Positions 52,167-62,757 of a stretch of DNA of 64,000 nucleotides are shown in pieces (positions within the stretch are counted from its first letter, which is position 1; each line of letters opens with the position of its first letter). Under the pieces are notes generated by a model. That model had not been told where the DNA came from. It saw nothing but the letters and a program-made list of their open reading frames with translations, and ran no database searches. Made by a program: the position numbers and the translations under genes. Source of the stretch: an uncultured Nitrososphaeraceae archaeon (GTDB taxonomy: Archaea; Thermoproteota; Nitrososphaeria; Nitrososphaerales; Nitrososphaeraceae); assembly GCA_963779615.1 (NCBI GenBank), contig CAVZZA010000001.1:544001-608000 (forward strand), read 5' to 3'.

Positions 52167-54557
52167 TTAGTTTTTGGTGTCATCAATAATATTGTGCATT
52201 GCTGCTAAATCCCGACTAAACGGCTCTAACTCACGCGGTATTCTCATTTTTATTGGGTCTTTTAATGAAAGTGGTTTGTTTGTAATGGCTGATATCGTTT
52301 CTTTTTTCCTGTTCCAAATTTCTGAATTAAATTGAATTATTTTTTGGGTGAACTGGGTCATTTCTTGATGTTTATTAGTTGTTTTGGGAAACCTTTTTTG
52401 ATTGATGATGTCATTGTTCTGATAAATTTTTGTCCACAGCTCATACGTGATAAATGGGCAAATTGGTTCAAACAGCAGTAGAATGTTTTTAAAACATTTG
52501 TGAATTGCATATAGTGCTGATTTTCTTTCTTCATCTTTGATTTCGCTATATACTCTTGATTTTACAAGTTCAATATAATGGGCTGCAAAGATGTTCCATG
52601 TAAACTCTCTTATTGTGTTTGATGGGATAAAAAAGTTCAACTCGCTGTATCCCTCGATACATTTTTTGGAAATATTGTCTAGCTCTGCTAATATCCACTC
52701 ATCTGTTGAATTGAGTTTTTCTGGCTTTTTATCCTCCCCTATTATTTCAAAATTGGAAATAAACCTTCCAATATTCCATAACTTTGATAAAAATTTTTGC
52801 GAATTCATAATTTTTTGCTCAGAACATCTGAAATCATATCCCAAATTAGCTTCACTTGCTGACCAAAGCCTGAATGTATCGGCCCCATATTTTTGTATTA
52901 TTGGCAGGGGATCAATTACATTTCCCTTGCTCTTGCTCATCTTTTCACCTTTGTCATCAACTCCATATCCCATAATCCAAGCACTTTTCCATGGTAACTT
53001 TTCTGTAAGGTATATGCATCTGAGCAACGTATAGTATAACCACGTTCTTATGATGTCTTTTCCTTGAGGCCTGATGGCTGTAGGGTATGTTTTTTCATGG
53101 AATTCATCGTTTTTGTTATATTTGGTAATGTATAGTGGGGTTATGCTGGAATCCATCCATGTATCAAATATCCTCTCTTCCCCTTCAAATTCATTCCCAT
53201 CATCATTACAATTCTGACATTTATCAAAAGGGGGTTTTTCCTCCCATGGCCTGTAGTATCTTCCGGGTTCGGGGACATTTGGATATTTGCATTTTTTGCA
53301 ATACCAGACTGGGATCTCTGTCCCGTAAAACCTTCTCCTTGAAATCGGCCAGTCAATTGTAATTGAATTTATCCAATTTATGAGAATCTGTCTATGCGTC
53401 TCTGGATGAAATTTGATATTGGTTGAATATTCCAATAACTTGGGTTTAAAATCTATTTGTTTTAAATAATAGTCTTCTAATGATATTATTTCTATTGGAG
53501 TTCTGCTTCTTTCACAAATAGGCGTCCTGTGAAATATTGTTTCGATTTCATTTACTAATCCCTGAGCCTTTAGTTCTTCGGTGATTTTGTTTCTAGCTTC
53601 TTTTGTGGAAAGGTTCGAAAACTGCTTGGCGTGTTCTGTTGTCTTTCCATTAGAATTGATAGATTTTATTTCTTTCAGGCCAAGTTCTCTAAATAATTGC
53701 ACATCATTAAGATCACCAAAGCTGCATACCATTACTGCTCCAGAACCAAAATTGGGATCCACAGATTTATGAGCAATTATTTTTACCTCTCTGTTAAAAA
53801 TTGGTATCCTTAGGTTATCCCCTTGTTTTTCTTTATATCTTTCGTCTTCAGGGTTTACAATTACTGCTTGACAAGCAAAAAGCAGTTCGGGTCTTGTGGT
53901 CGCTATTATGATAAAATCTGAACTGTCATTTAGGAAAAACTTGATATAAACCAATTTTGTTTCAATGTCTACATAGGTAATTTCTGCATCAGCTATAGTT
54001 GTACCGCAATCAATACAATAATTGTTGGGTCGATCTCCCAAATATATCAGATTCTTTTTCCACATTTTGATGAATGTTGACTGTGTTAGTGTCCTGTATT
54101 CGATTGAATCTGTATGATATTTTTCTTTGAAATTGGCACTGATTCCAAGGCTCTTTAAGATACCTACAAATTCAATCTCCGTTTCATCCAGAGTGCTCTC
54201 GCAAAGTTTCAAGAACTCTTTTCTATTCATGTTTCTCATCCTTATTTTGTATTTTTTTTCCGTGTAGATCTCTACAGGTATTCCATTTCTGTCTATTCCT
54301 ATGGGAAAAATGACCTTGAACCCGTTAGATCTTACTGCTCGTGCTATCATGTCGATTTGAGAATAATGTGCTGCTGCCCCAATATGCCATGGCTTTCCAG
54401 AAGGATAGGGAGGTGGTGTATCTATAACGAAGAAATCATTAATTTCTGTGAGGTTATCATCATCCTTACCTTCATAAACATTATCTTTATCCCACTGATC
54501 CAAGATTCTTTTCTCAATCTCAGAAGACCATGCCTTTTCTGTAACCTTAATGTTCAA
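52167..54557 (-). CDS. valS: Valine--tRNA ligase
   Basis: IDTPPPYPSG..HIGA, ATTRPE, DWPISR, FDTWMDSS, KMSKSKGN. Confidence 0.95.
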   Translation of the reverse strand: MNIKVTEKAWSSEIEKRILDQWDKDNVYEGKDDDNLTEINDFFVIDTPPPYPSGKPWHIGAAAHYSQIDMIARAVRSNGFKVIFPIGIDRNGIPVEIYTEKKYKIRMRNMNRKEFLKLCESTLDETEIEFVGILKSLGISANFKEKYHTDSIEYRTLTQSTFIKMWKKNLIYLGDRPNNYCIDCGTTIADAEITYVDIETKLVYIKFFLNDSSDFIIIATTRPELLFACQAVIVNPEDERYKEKQGDNLRIPIFNREVKIIAHKSVDPNFGSGAVMVCSFGDLNDVQLFRELGLKEIKSINSNGKTTEHAKQFSNLSTKEARNKITEELKAQGLVNEIETIFHRTPICERSRTPIEIISLEDYYLKQIDFKPKLLEYSTNIKFHPETHRQILINWINSITIDWPISRRRFYGTEIPVWYCKKCKYPNVPEPGRYYRPWEEKPPFDKCQNCNDDGNEFEGEERIFDTWMDSSITPLYITKYNKNDEFHEKTYPTAIRPQGKDIIRTWLYYTLLRCIYLTEKLPWKSAWIMGYGVDDKGEKMSKSKGNVIDPLPIIQKYGADTFRLWSASEANLGYDFRCSEQKIMNSQKFLSKLWNIGRFISNFEIIGEDKKPEKLNSTDEWILAELDNISKKCIEGYSELNFFIPSNTIREFTWNIFAAHYIELVKSRVYSEIKDEERKSALYAIHKCFKNILLLFEPICPFITYELWTKIYQNNDIINQKRFPKTTNKHQEMTQFTQKIIQFNSEIWNRKKETISAITNKPLSLKDPIKMRIPRELEPFSRDLAAMHNIIDDTKN

Positions 54558-54590
54558 TGTTCGATTTTAATGTCCTTTTTTAATTAGTTA

Positions 54591-55391
54591 TTAATCTTCC
54601 TTTGTTTTTTTGATGTTTGATAAAATATGGGCCCCTTTGCTAACTCCTTCATAAATATACACTCCTAGTGCTTGGATATTAGCAGGCATTGTATTTGAGA
54701 GCATTTTTATTATTTCTGTAGACAGGTTTTCCACAGTTGCTTCTCCCTCAAGTAAGAATGTGGTATTTTTGGGCACTTTTAGGTCAAAATAGCCCTTAGG
54801 TCCATCAAATTCAATAAAAAAATGACCATCTTCCTCTTTCTTTAGGTATTTTCGATTAATGAAAAATTTGTGATCGATTTGCTTTAGTGCTTCCTTAATT
54901 ATTTTTTTTGCTTCCGAAAAATCAATAACTAAATTATTCTTCATTTCTCCTATTATTTCTATCATTACGGTTGATGTGTGCCCATGAATGATAGAGCATT
55001 TTTCCACCATTGGTAGAATGTGGGCATAATCAAATGACAGGGATGGGTCTTCTATAAAAATTGAGCCTATTTGTTTATTCTGTTTGTCAAAGAAAAATAT
55101 GCTCTCTAACTCATCAATTTTTCCCATAAAGGATGATTTTCCTATAGCAACCAAATCAATAAATGGGAATTTTTCATTAATGCTTTTGAATTCTATTAAA
55201 TCATCATCGTTTTCTATTATTTTAATATATTTATTCCCTATCTTGAAATCCACATTCAAGCTAGAGTTGACTATTGGAGCATTATGTTGGTAATTTAACT
55301 CTAAAAAATCAAATAATTTTGATAAGGAGTATCCTGTTCTATTTTTAATAAAGCTTTTTTTATCACTGATATACCTTAAATCTTTATCCAC
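54591..55391 (-). CDS. queD: 6-carboxytetrahydropterin synthase with N-terminal extra domain
   Basis: AHILP...C..IHGH, VIDF, IDHKF, TVENL motifs in the C-terminal part. Confidence 0.85.
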   Translation of the reverse strand: MDKDLRYISDKKSFIKNRTGYSLSKLFDFLELNYQHNAPIVNSSLNVDFKIGNKYIKIIENDDDLIEFKSINEKFPFIDLVAIGKSSFMGKIDELESIFFFDKQNKQIGSIFIEDPSLSFDYAHILPMVEKCSIIHGHTSTVMIEIIGEMKNNLVIDFSEAKKIIKEALKQIDHKFFINRKYLKKEEDGHFFIEFDGPKGYFDLKVPKNTTFLLEGEATVENLSTEIIKMLSNTMPANIQALGVYIYEGVSKGAHILSNIKKTKED

Positions 55392-55465
55392 CTCTTAAAT
55401 AATATATTTGATCTCTATTAAATTATTACAAATATATTTTGAACAATGCTTAAAAAAAAGGACAA

Positions 55466-56239
55466 ATGTCCTTACATGGAGAGCTGCGTGATATCCTATA
55501 TTTGACTGTTAATTCTGCAATTAAAAATTATGATAAGGTTGCTATAGCTTTTTCAGGGGGGGTGGATAGCACATTGTTGGCCAAAATTTGTAAAGACTTG
55601 AAAAAACAAATATGTTTAGTAACTATTGGCTTTCCGCATTCGCATGATCTGTCATTTTCTAAAACCATTTCCCACCTTCTTTCCGATTCTCAAAACCACT
55701 TTGTATATGAATTAAATGATGTGGATTTTGCTCAAAGTGTAGAATATGTCAGGTCTACAATATCTTGCAATTGCCTTTCGCATATAGAAAACTGCATAGC
55801 TTTTTTTCACTTGAGCAAAATTGTTAAAGATAATAATTTGGGGAGTTTTTTTTTGACAGCTAATGGTTTAGATGAGTTATTTTGTGGATATGACAAATAC
55901 AGATTTTATTTTGACAGTGGATGCAGCTCGATATCTGAATTCATGGAAGAAAAACTAACTAATGAATTTCACCTAATGAAAGAGGTTTCAAGCGTGATTA
56001 TGGAAAGCGGGGTAAAATCTGTCCAACCCTTCCTGACTAATAGCTTTATTGATTACGCAAAAGCAATCCCACTAGGATATAAAATCAAAGGTCCTGACGA
56101 TTTTTTAAGAAAGCACATTATACGGGAAATTGCCCTAAATATTGGAGTGCCAAAAGAGTCTGCTATGTACCCAAAGAAAGCATTGCAATATGGATCATTA
56201 ATTCACAAAAAACTTGTTGGAAAAAAACCTACAGTGTGA
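55466..56239 (+). CDS. Stand-alone asparagine-synthase C-terminal (PP-loop) domain protein
   Basis: AFSGGVDS, GLDELFCGY, PFL, RKHIIRE, KKALQYGS; no glutaminase domain. Confidence 0.85.
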   Translation: MSLHGELRDILYLTVNSAIKNYDKVAIAFSGGVDSTLLAKICKDLKKQICLVTIGFPHSHDLSFSKTISHLLSDSQNHFVYELNDVDFAQSVEYVRSTISCNCLSHIENCIAFFHLSKIVKDNNLGSFFLTANGLDELFCGYDKYRFYFDSGCSSISEFMEEKLTNEFHLMKEVSSVIMESGVKSVQPFLTNSFIDYAKAIPLGYKIKGPDDFLRKHIIREIALNIGVPKESAMYPKKALQYGSLIHKKLVGKKPTV

Positions 56240-56826
56240 TTAGTGTATTCGTCCATCCAAACTCTATGCATAACATGATAGCATGGAGGGTGCTATCTTT
56301 ATTGTGGATATTGGAAAAGGGCATAAATAAAAAACAAAAGTATTTTGCATAATGTTTTGTATTACATCCTAATGAATAAGCGATATTAGCTTAGAAATCA
56401 CCTCAATCCAAAGGGATCCTGTAAAGTTGACATTTTTCCTATCTTGAGACGTAATCGGAAAGTTTAAGCAAACAACGGTTGTTTTCTTCCATTTTGGTTC
56501 ATAAAGCAACAATCCATCGTATTTATTTGGAGAGGCCCGCCTAAACAATTAAGGATTGTATCAAAAACATCTTTACGGCAACTAATAAAGCATTATTTGC
56601 ATTTTATTGTAAAACACCATTTTATTGTTGGAAATGAAATTATCAATGTATCTAAAGAAGAAGAATAAGTATGGTAATATATGCAATATTCAATTTATAA
56701 ATGATGATTATAATTGTTAAGTTCCTGCGAAAGATAATCTTACTGTAGAGGGCATGATTATTGATTATATGCCTTTCTCAACACATTTCTAGAAAAATCG
56801 ACATATGTGAGGTGTACTAAAAATAT

Positions 56827-56841
56827 TACCATAATATGGTA
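56827..56841. promoter_or_regulatory. Palindrome upstream of the nirK TATA box (candidate operator)
   Basis: TACCATA-A-TATGGTA; BRE/TATA-like GAAAAGATTATATAA region at about 56872-56888, ATG at 56910. Confidence 0.45.
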
Positions 56842-56909
56842 TATGAATTTTGTAAAGTATTGTTATACAATGAAAAGATTATATAATATCTACTAGTTAA
56901 GTACTATTA

Positions 56910-58022
56910 ATGAAGAGTACATTAGCAATTATCGCTATATCTGCTGTTCTATTGTCTGGGTTGGTTTTATTACCCGGTGTCAATATGAACGCATATTCAC
57001 AAGCACAACCAGTACAACAAGCACAACCAGCCGGCAAAACTGTTAATCTTGTTTATGTATCTGTCGAAAAAAATTTCACTTTACCTGATGGCCAGCAAGT
57101 TAAGGCATTGACATGGAATGGTACAATTCCAGGACCAACAGTTCGTTTGACCCAGGGCGATACTGTACATGTTACAATCCAGAATCCAACCAATAATACA
57201 TTAATTCACAGTTATGATAGCCATGCTTCAACCATAAGTGCAGTTCCTAACTTTGGCCCAATCAACCCTGGAGCATCAAAGAACTTTACATTTATAGCTA
57301 CTCAACCAGGTGTCTATAAAGTTCATTGTGAAGGCAATGGTGTTTTAGGTATGGATCAACATGTATTTTCAGGAATGGTGGCAACTATGCTTGTTGACCC
57401 CAGAAATGGTTATACTGACTACACCACTGTAAGTGGCCTTAATGGATCCGATGTGTCTGTATCTCCTAAAGCAAAAGAAGTTTTGTTCCAATTTTCAGAG
57501 TATTACCTTGACAAAGACGGCAACTATGATGCAAAAGCTATGTTTGCACACAATAGCACATCTGCTTGGATAAATGGTATACCTTTTGGTTATGATCCAG
57601 TTATTACCAAAACCAAAAATGCAACACCATTGTTCTTTGACCAAGGCGACCATGTAAGGTTCTTCTTATTGAATCACGGAGATTGGCCAATTAACTTCCA
57701 TATGGTTGGTGAATCTTTAGATAGGGTAACCGATGGTAGTGTTGTAAATGGAATTGGCAAACAAACCTATACAGTAGGCGGTTCTAATGATGCTATTGTT
57801 GATATAGTATTTGACCAACCGGGAGTTTACGCCTTTGTAAACCATGACTATGCACAATTGTTTAAAGGTCAAGCAGGTTTGGTTGTTGTTGACGGTCCAG
57901 ACCACGCTATAAGCAAATCATTAAACATTACCGACCTTAGCAACCCATCCAATGCAATCCCCCCACTAGGTGCAGATAGCATTCCAGTAAAAACCAAACC
58001 CTATGGGCTTGGAACTTCCTAA
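56910..58022 (+). CDS. nirK: Copper-containing nitrite reductase-like two-domain multicopper protein
   Basis: Signal peptide; NGTIPGP, HSYDSH, HC...H...M type-1 Cu ligands, NFHMVGE, YAFVNH. Confidence 0.85.
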   Translation: MKSTLAIIAISAVLLSGLVLLPGVNMNAYSQAQPVQQAQPAGKTVNLVYVSVEKNFTLPDGQQVKALTWNGTIPGPTVRLTQGDTVHVTIQNPTNNTLIHSYDSHASTISAVPNFGPINPGASKNFTFIATQPGVYKVHCEGNGVLGMDQHVFSGMVATMLVDPRNGYTDYTTVSGLNGSDVSVSPKAKEVLFQFSEYYLDKDGNYDAKAMFAHNSTSAWINGIPFGYDPVITKTKNATPLFFDQGDHVRFFLLNHGDWPINFHMVGESLDRVTDGSVVNGIGKQTYTVGGSNDAIVDIVFDQPGVYAFVNHDYAQLFKGQAGLVVVDGPDHAISKSLNITDLSNPSNAIPPLGADSIPVKTKPYGLGTS

Positions 58023-58128
58023 TTTTTTATTTTTTTAGTATATTCGAAAATTATATCTACACATAATCATAATCTTATTAACTTTCTTAAAAAAAAATAA
58101 TTGTAAAATTAAAATAAAAAATAGTGGT

Positions 58129-58479
58129 TTATCTCATCAACTGAATCAATATTTTTTCTAAATTGTTTAATTTCAGCATAACGTCTATGCTTGTTGTGTC
58201 TTTGCCCGCCAATACTTGATAAATATCAAAAATATTTGTCAAACCTTCTTTAATGATTGTATTTTTGTCAACTGGAGGACTTGGTTGAACTGGAGGACTT
58301 GGTTGAACTGGAGGACTTGGTTGAACTGGAGCATCTTGCGCTTTTGGGGCAGTGGTGGTTGGGGGTGATGTAACAATGGGATCTAATTGCGCGGCCGCAG
58401 TCTGACCGATTGTGTGTTGTAAACTCCCGACTGTGAAAACAACCACCAAAAATATTGCCATTTTGACTAAATTATTCAT
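58129..58479 (-). CDS. Small secreted Pro-rich protein
   Basis: Signal peptide; PVQPSP x3 encoded by an 18-bp repeat. Confidence 0.7.
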   Translation of the reverse strand: MNNLVKMAIFLVVVFTVGSLQHTIGQTAAAQLDPIVTSPPTTTAPKAQDAPVQPSPPVQPSPPVQPSPPVDKNTIIKEGLTNIFDIYQVLAGKDTTSIDVMLKLNNLEKILIQLMR

Positions 58480-58799
58480 ATAGTTGGTATTTTTTTCTTG
58501 TTATAAAAGTAATCCTTTAATTAGTATTATAATAATTATAATTAGAAATCCTACATATAATTAAATAATGCCACTGTTAAATGACTTTTTTGTACTTTTA
58601 TGTGTTGTTGATCGTCATGAAAAATCTTGTTAATAATTTATTGTTATTCACTGCTTTGTTGCCATGGGAAACCATGTCCAAGTTTTTTTCCTTATAGGTT
58701 ATGCAGGTCCGTTTTTTACTCGGGCGAAAATCCTTCATTAGTCCTGTTGGCTCTACAAACCTCCTGCCTCCTCTGTTGCCAATTATATAGTAACATGAT

Positions 58800-59560
58800 T
58801 ATTATGTTAAGTTCTTCCACAAGTGTTAGATTATTTGTGTTATTTTCACCAGAACATGCGATACAATTCTTCTGGGAGATACTCCTCAATCATTGCTTTT
58901 TAAAGATTGCAATTATTTTAGTAAGGTATTTTAATTGTATTTTCATCAATGATGTTGGACATATTCAGCAAAGCCTTCATTGTTGCTATTTCTATTAAAC
59001 TGTCATTCTTACAAGCATTTCTATCGTTTTTGCACAGTTTGCATATCTTATCAAATATTGGATTGTAACCATCATTTTATCTCCTCTTTAATGTGTATTT
59101 TGGCTTTACCTTTTTTTATAACCTCGTCTATATCTGAGCATGCAATATGTGTAAATGGATTTACCTTCATTAGTGACCCGTTAATCCCATGTTTTCCAGT
59201 AATGGGTGAAAAAAATCTATTGGATTGACTCCTCTGCGCTTTGTTTCTATCCTAACACAATTACCTTTTAATTCTGTTATTTGACAATCACCAAAGATTG
59301 ATTAAAGTCCTGTTATTCATTGTAGCACTAACATTCTTAGCGATAGTCATTTTTGTTTTTTTCATCCATATGAAAACTCAGTAGAAATAACCATCAAGAT
59401 AATGCAAAATATGGTGCTTGTTGTACCTATTAATGAAATGAAACCATATAATGCAGTTATGATATTTCTATTTGCCAATGTGCTTATCTGTACACACAAT
59501 GCATATTCTTGTGATAAAATATGCTGTATTTTTGTATAAAATAACATTTTTAGCACTCAA
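58800..59560 (-). pseudogene. Possible decayed membrane sensor histidine kinase
   Basis: Fragmentary frames: TM-like ITALYGFISLIG..., N-box-like LLNMSNIIDENTIK, G1-like D*GVSP/EELYRMF; many stops and shifts. Confidence 0.25.
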
Positions 59561-59801
59561 CCATTACTGTGTCACGTTTTACAACAATGGGATGATTTAT
59601 AGTATCAATTTACTCTATCTTTCTAGGTTATGTATGGCATTCTTATTTATTGCTTTTAATGGTAAATATACGATAAACAAGATAAATATATTATCAAAAA
59701 AATAGAATTTTATGATAATAATATTTTTTTTTATATTTTGATGTAAATTTTTAAGTATAAAAAGAAAAACTTTATTATCTAGCAAAAACCTTCTGTGACC
59801 G

Positions 59802-61034
59802 TTGGCAATCGATACTGGTGATACAACATGGATGCTTGTCGCAACCGGGCTTGTCTTTATGATGACACCTGCTTTAGGTTTTTTTGAGGCGGGAATGCTC
59901 AGGCTAAAAAATTCTTTATCTGTAATAATGCAAACATTGACTGGAATGGCAATGTTATCTGTTTTGTGGTTCGTCGTCGGGTTTACTCTAGTATTTGCAC
60001 CTGACGTTAGTGGCATTATAGGCGATCTCTCATGGTTTTTCTATGATAACGTACCGTTTAGTGATTCGGTTAAATGGGCCCCAACAATCCCTGGAGTTAC
60101 CTTTGCTACATATCAGATGATGTTTGCCGTGATCACACCATTACTAATAACAGGTGCTTTTGCTGAACGCATGCGATGGAGTGCTTTTTTTGTATTTATA
60201 ATCGTATGGAGTTTGGTAATTTACTATCCTCTCGCTCATTGGGTGTGGGGAGGTGGTTGGCTAGCGCAAATAGGCGTCTTTGATTTTGCAGGAGGTATTG
60301 TTATACATACCAGTGCAGGATTGGCATCACTAGCCGCGGCACTAGTGTTGGGGCGGCGTAAAAATTATGGTCCCCAAATAATGGTGCCACATAACATTCC
60401 ACTAGCTGCAATTGGTGGATCCCTCTTATGGCTTGGGTGGTTTGGGTTTAATGCAGGAAGCGCTTTGGCATCGGGTGCTCTTGCTGCTAATGCATTTGTG
60501 GTAACTCAAATAGGCGCTTCTACCTGTGCCCTTGTGTGGGTGTTCCTTAGCTGGAAAAGAAATGGAAAGCCCACAATTAGTGCTATGATAAACGGTGCTA
60601 TTTCGGGCTTAGCCGGTGTTACACCAGCTGCAGGATTTATTAGTGGTCAACATGGGTTTATTTTGGGTATTGTTTTAGGGTTTGCATCATACTACGGTAT
60701 TGTTTTATTGAAAGAGAGGTTAAAGATTGATGATGCTTTAGACGTAAGCTCTGTTCACGGCATTACTGGTATAGTGGGATCCTTGTCTATAGGTATATTT
60801 GCAAGCCAAACTATCAACCCTGCAGGCCCTGTCGGTTGGTTATATAGTGGCAGTCCAATGCAGTTAATCATTCAAGGTGTTGGTGTTGGTGTTGCTGCAC
60901 TTATGGGATTTGTTGGAACTTTTATAATATTGAAAATAATTGACTATGTTATAGGATTGAGGGTAAATGAGAATGAAGAAGATTTGGGGCTTGATGTAAC
61001 ACAACATGCAGAGACAGCATATGGTGATAGATAA
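59802..61034 (+). CDS. amt: Ammonium transporter (TTG start)
   Basis: DTGDTTWML, YQMMFAVITP, DFAGGIVIH, WFGFNAGS, DDALDV..VHG. Confidence 0.97.
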   Translation: MAIDTGDTTWMLVATGLVFMMTPALGFFEAGMLRLKNSLSVIMQTLTGMAMLSVLWFVVGFTLVFAPDVSGIIGDLSWFFYDNVPFSDSVKWAPTIPGVTFATYQMMFAVITPLLITGAFAERMRWSAFFVFIIVWSLVIYYPLAHWVWGGGWLAQIGVFDFAGGIVIHTSAGLASLAAALVLGRRKNYGPQIMVPHNIPLAAIGGSLLWLGWFGFNAGSALASGALAANAFVVTQIGASTCALVWVFLSWKRNGKPTISAMINGAISGLAGVTPAAGFISGQHGFILGIVLGFASYYGIVLLKERLKIDDALDVSSVHGITGIVGSLSIGIFASQTINPAGPVGWLYSGSPMQLIIQGVGVGVAALMGFVGTFIILKIIDYVIGLRVNENEEDLGLDVTQHAETAYGDR

Positions 61035-61169
61035 TCATCTTATTTATTGTTAAAGATATTTTTTTCCTAAAAAATCTTATTTTTTTTTACTATTATGAAA
61101 ATATACTTTAATGTTATCATAAAATATTAACATAATTGTTTTTATATTATTGTATTAAGATTTTATTTA

Positions 61170-61694
61170 ATGTTCATGAATTTATCAAGGAATTATAAGA
61201 ACTTGATTTTGATTTCAGCGACAATAGTTGTTAGTTCTGCCTTTTTTTTTGGAGCTAGCATATTGAGCAGCACATATGCACAATCTTTAGATAAGATTAC
61301 TATCACTTTAAATTCAATCGATTTTGCTCCATTGACAGACAAAACAAAAAACCAGGTTAAAACTGTTGTTCACTATGAGACTAATGATCCCACATTGGTG
61401 AATGCCAAGATTAACGGGGCTATGGAAGTATATGCACCAAACGGAACCAAGGTGAAAACGTCTACCGCGGGAGGTGGCTTTATTTTGGCCGGTCCGTCCA
61501 ATAATATTCAGTTTGCTTCTACGTTTACAGATCCGGCTTTGACAAGTGTGAAAGTCGATGTAGTTTTGACGGATGCGAATAAAACTCTGGACTTGTCAAA
61601 CCATGTTACTGGGGATGCTGCTTTAAACGCAACTGGTGACCTAGCAGCAACCGGTGGGGAAACACTAGATACCACCACCCCACCCGCTCAATAG
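61170..61694 (+). CDS. Secreted hypothetical protein
   Basis: Signal peptide ending TYA-Q; beta-rich mature region. Confidence 0.7.
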   Translation: MFMNLSRNYKNLILISATIVVSSAFFFGASILSSTYAQSLDKITITLNSIDFAPLTDKTKNQVKTVVHYETNDPTLVNAKINGAMEVYAPNGTKVKTSTAGGGFILAGPSNNIQFASTFTDPALTSVKVDVVLTDANKTLDLSNHVTGDAALNATGDLAATGGETLDTTTPPAQ

Positions 61695-61989
61695 TCCTTC
61701 ATTATTTTTCTTTTTTGTTTTTTTATAGTTTTGTCTGAGTAAATGAAGTTGTATGTTATCCTCAGGTATGATCTTGTTCTGTTTGTTTTGTTAAAAGCCT
61801 TGTAGTTGATTTCCCCATCTTTGTTATTGAGGCAATAATTTTTACCTTGATTGTTTCTAGTTTAACGCGTTGATATACTTTTTAAACATGTGACATAATA
61901 ATATGATTTTTTCCCTAATATTGTTATCTTTTATAAATATATGATAAATTAATAAAGTAGTTATATTTGTTAATTTTATACTTTCTTGT

Positions 61990-62643
61990 TTGATTAATTT
62001 CCATGACATTTCTTCCTTTTACAGTGATTCAGGTTATATTGGTATATTGGTAATTAGCTTCATTGGTAGTATTATTGTATTTATTCCCGTACCTTATTTT
62101 CCTATTCTGATATCTTCCGCATTAAATAAAGATTTTGATCCACACCTAATTGCCCTATCCAGTGCTTTGGGAGCGGTATTGGCTAAAATTATTATATTTA
62201 TAGCAAGTTATTACGGCCGGAACATCCTAAGTACTAAAACTAAAACAAAAATGCAGCCTCTTCAAAAACTTTTGTCTAAATATGGTGGCATAGGCGCTTT
62301 TCTTGCGGCCTTGACTCCCATACCTGATGACCTGGTCTACATCCCTTTAGGACTTGCCAAATACAGCGCAAAAAAATTTGCTATTGCTACCTTCCTTGGA
62401 AAGTTTATTTTGGGTGAGGTGATTGTGTGGGGAACTGTTTTTTTAGGCAGACCTATAATGGAAGAGGTTCTCTCTGTTTCTGATGGTAGTAATCAGTTCT
62501 CTACAATTGTTGTCACTGTGTTAACAGTTGCGTTTCTAATACTGGTGTTATTTTTTACCTTTAAGGTTGATTGGGGTAAAATAATTGGTAGGTGGTTCCC
62601 TTGGGCATTGAACGAAGATTCTGATGAAAAGTCTAAAAAATAA
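61990..62643 (+). CDS. DedA/VTT-domain membrane protein
   Basis: FIPVPY, SYYGR, FLAALTPIPDD..YIPLGL, LGK. Confidence 0.88.
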   Translation: MINFHDISSFYSDSGYIGILVISFIGSIIVFIPVPYFPILISSALNKDFDPHLIALSSALGAVLAKIIIFIASYYGRNILSTKTKTKMQPLQKLLSKYGGIGAFLAALTPIPDDLVYIPLGLAKYSAKKFAIATFLGKFILGEVIVWGTVFLGRPIMEEVLSVSDGSNQFSTIVVTVLTVAFLILVLFFTFKVDWGKIIGRWFPWALNEDSDEKSKK

Positions 62644-62757
62644 TTTTGTCTGTAATGTCATTCATTCATTCTAATACAATATAGCATATCTTTCTTCAAT
62701 TATTCTATTTTTTAATGTTTAATAACAAAATAGTATCAAACATGATATCGTTTAAAA

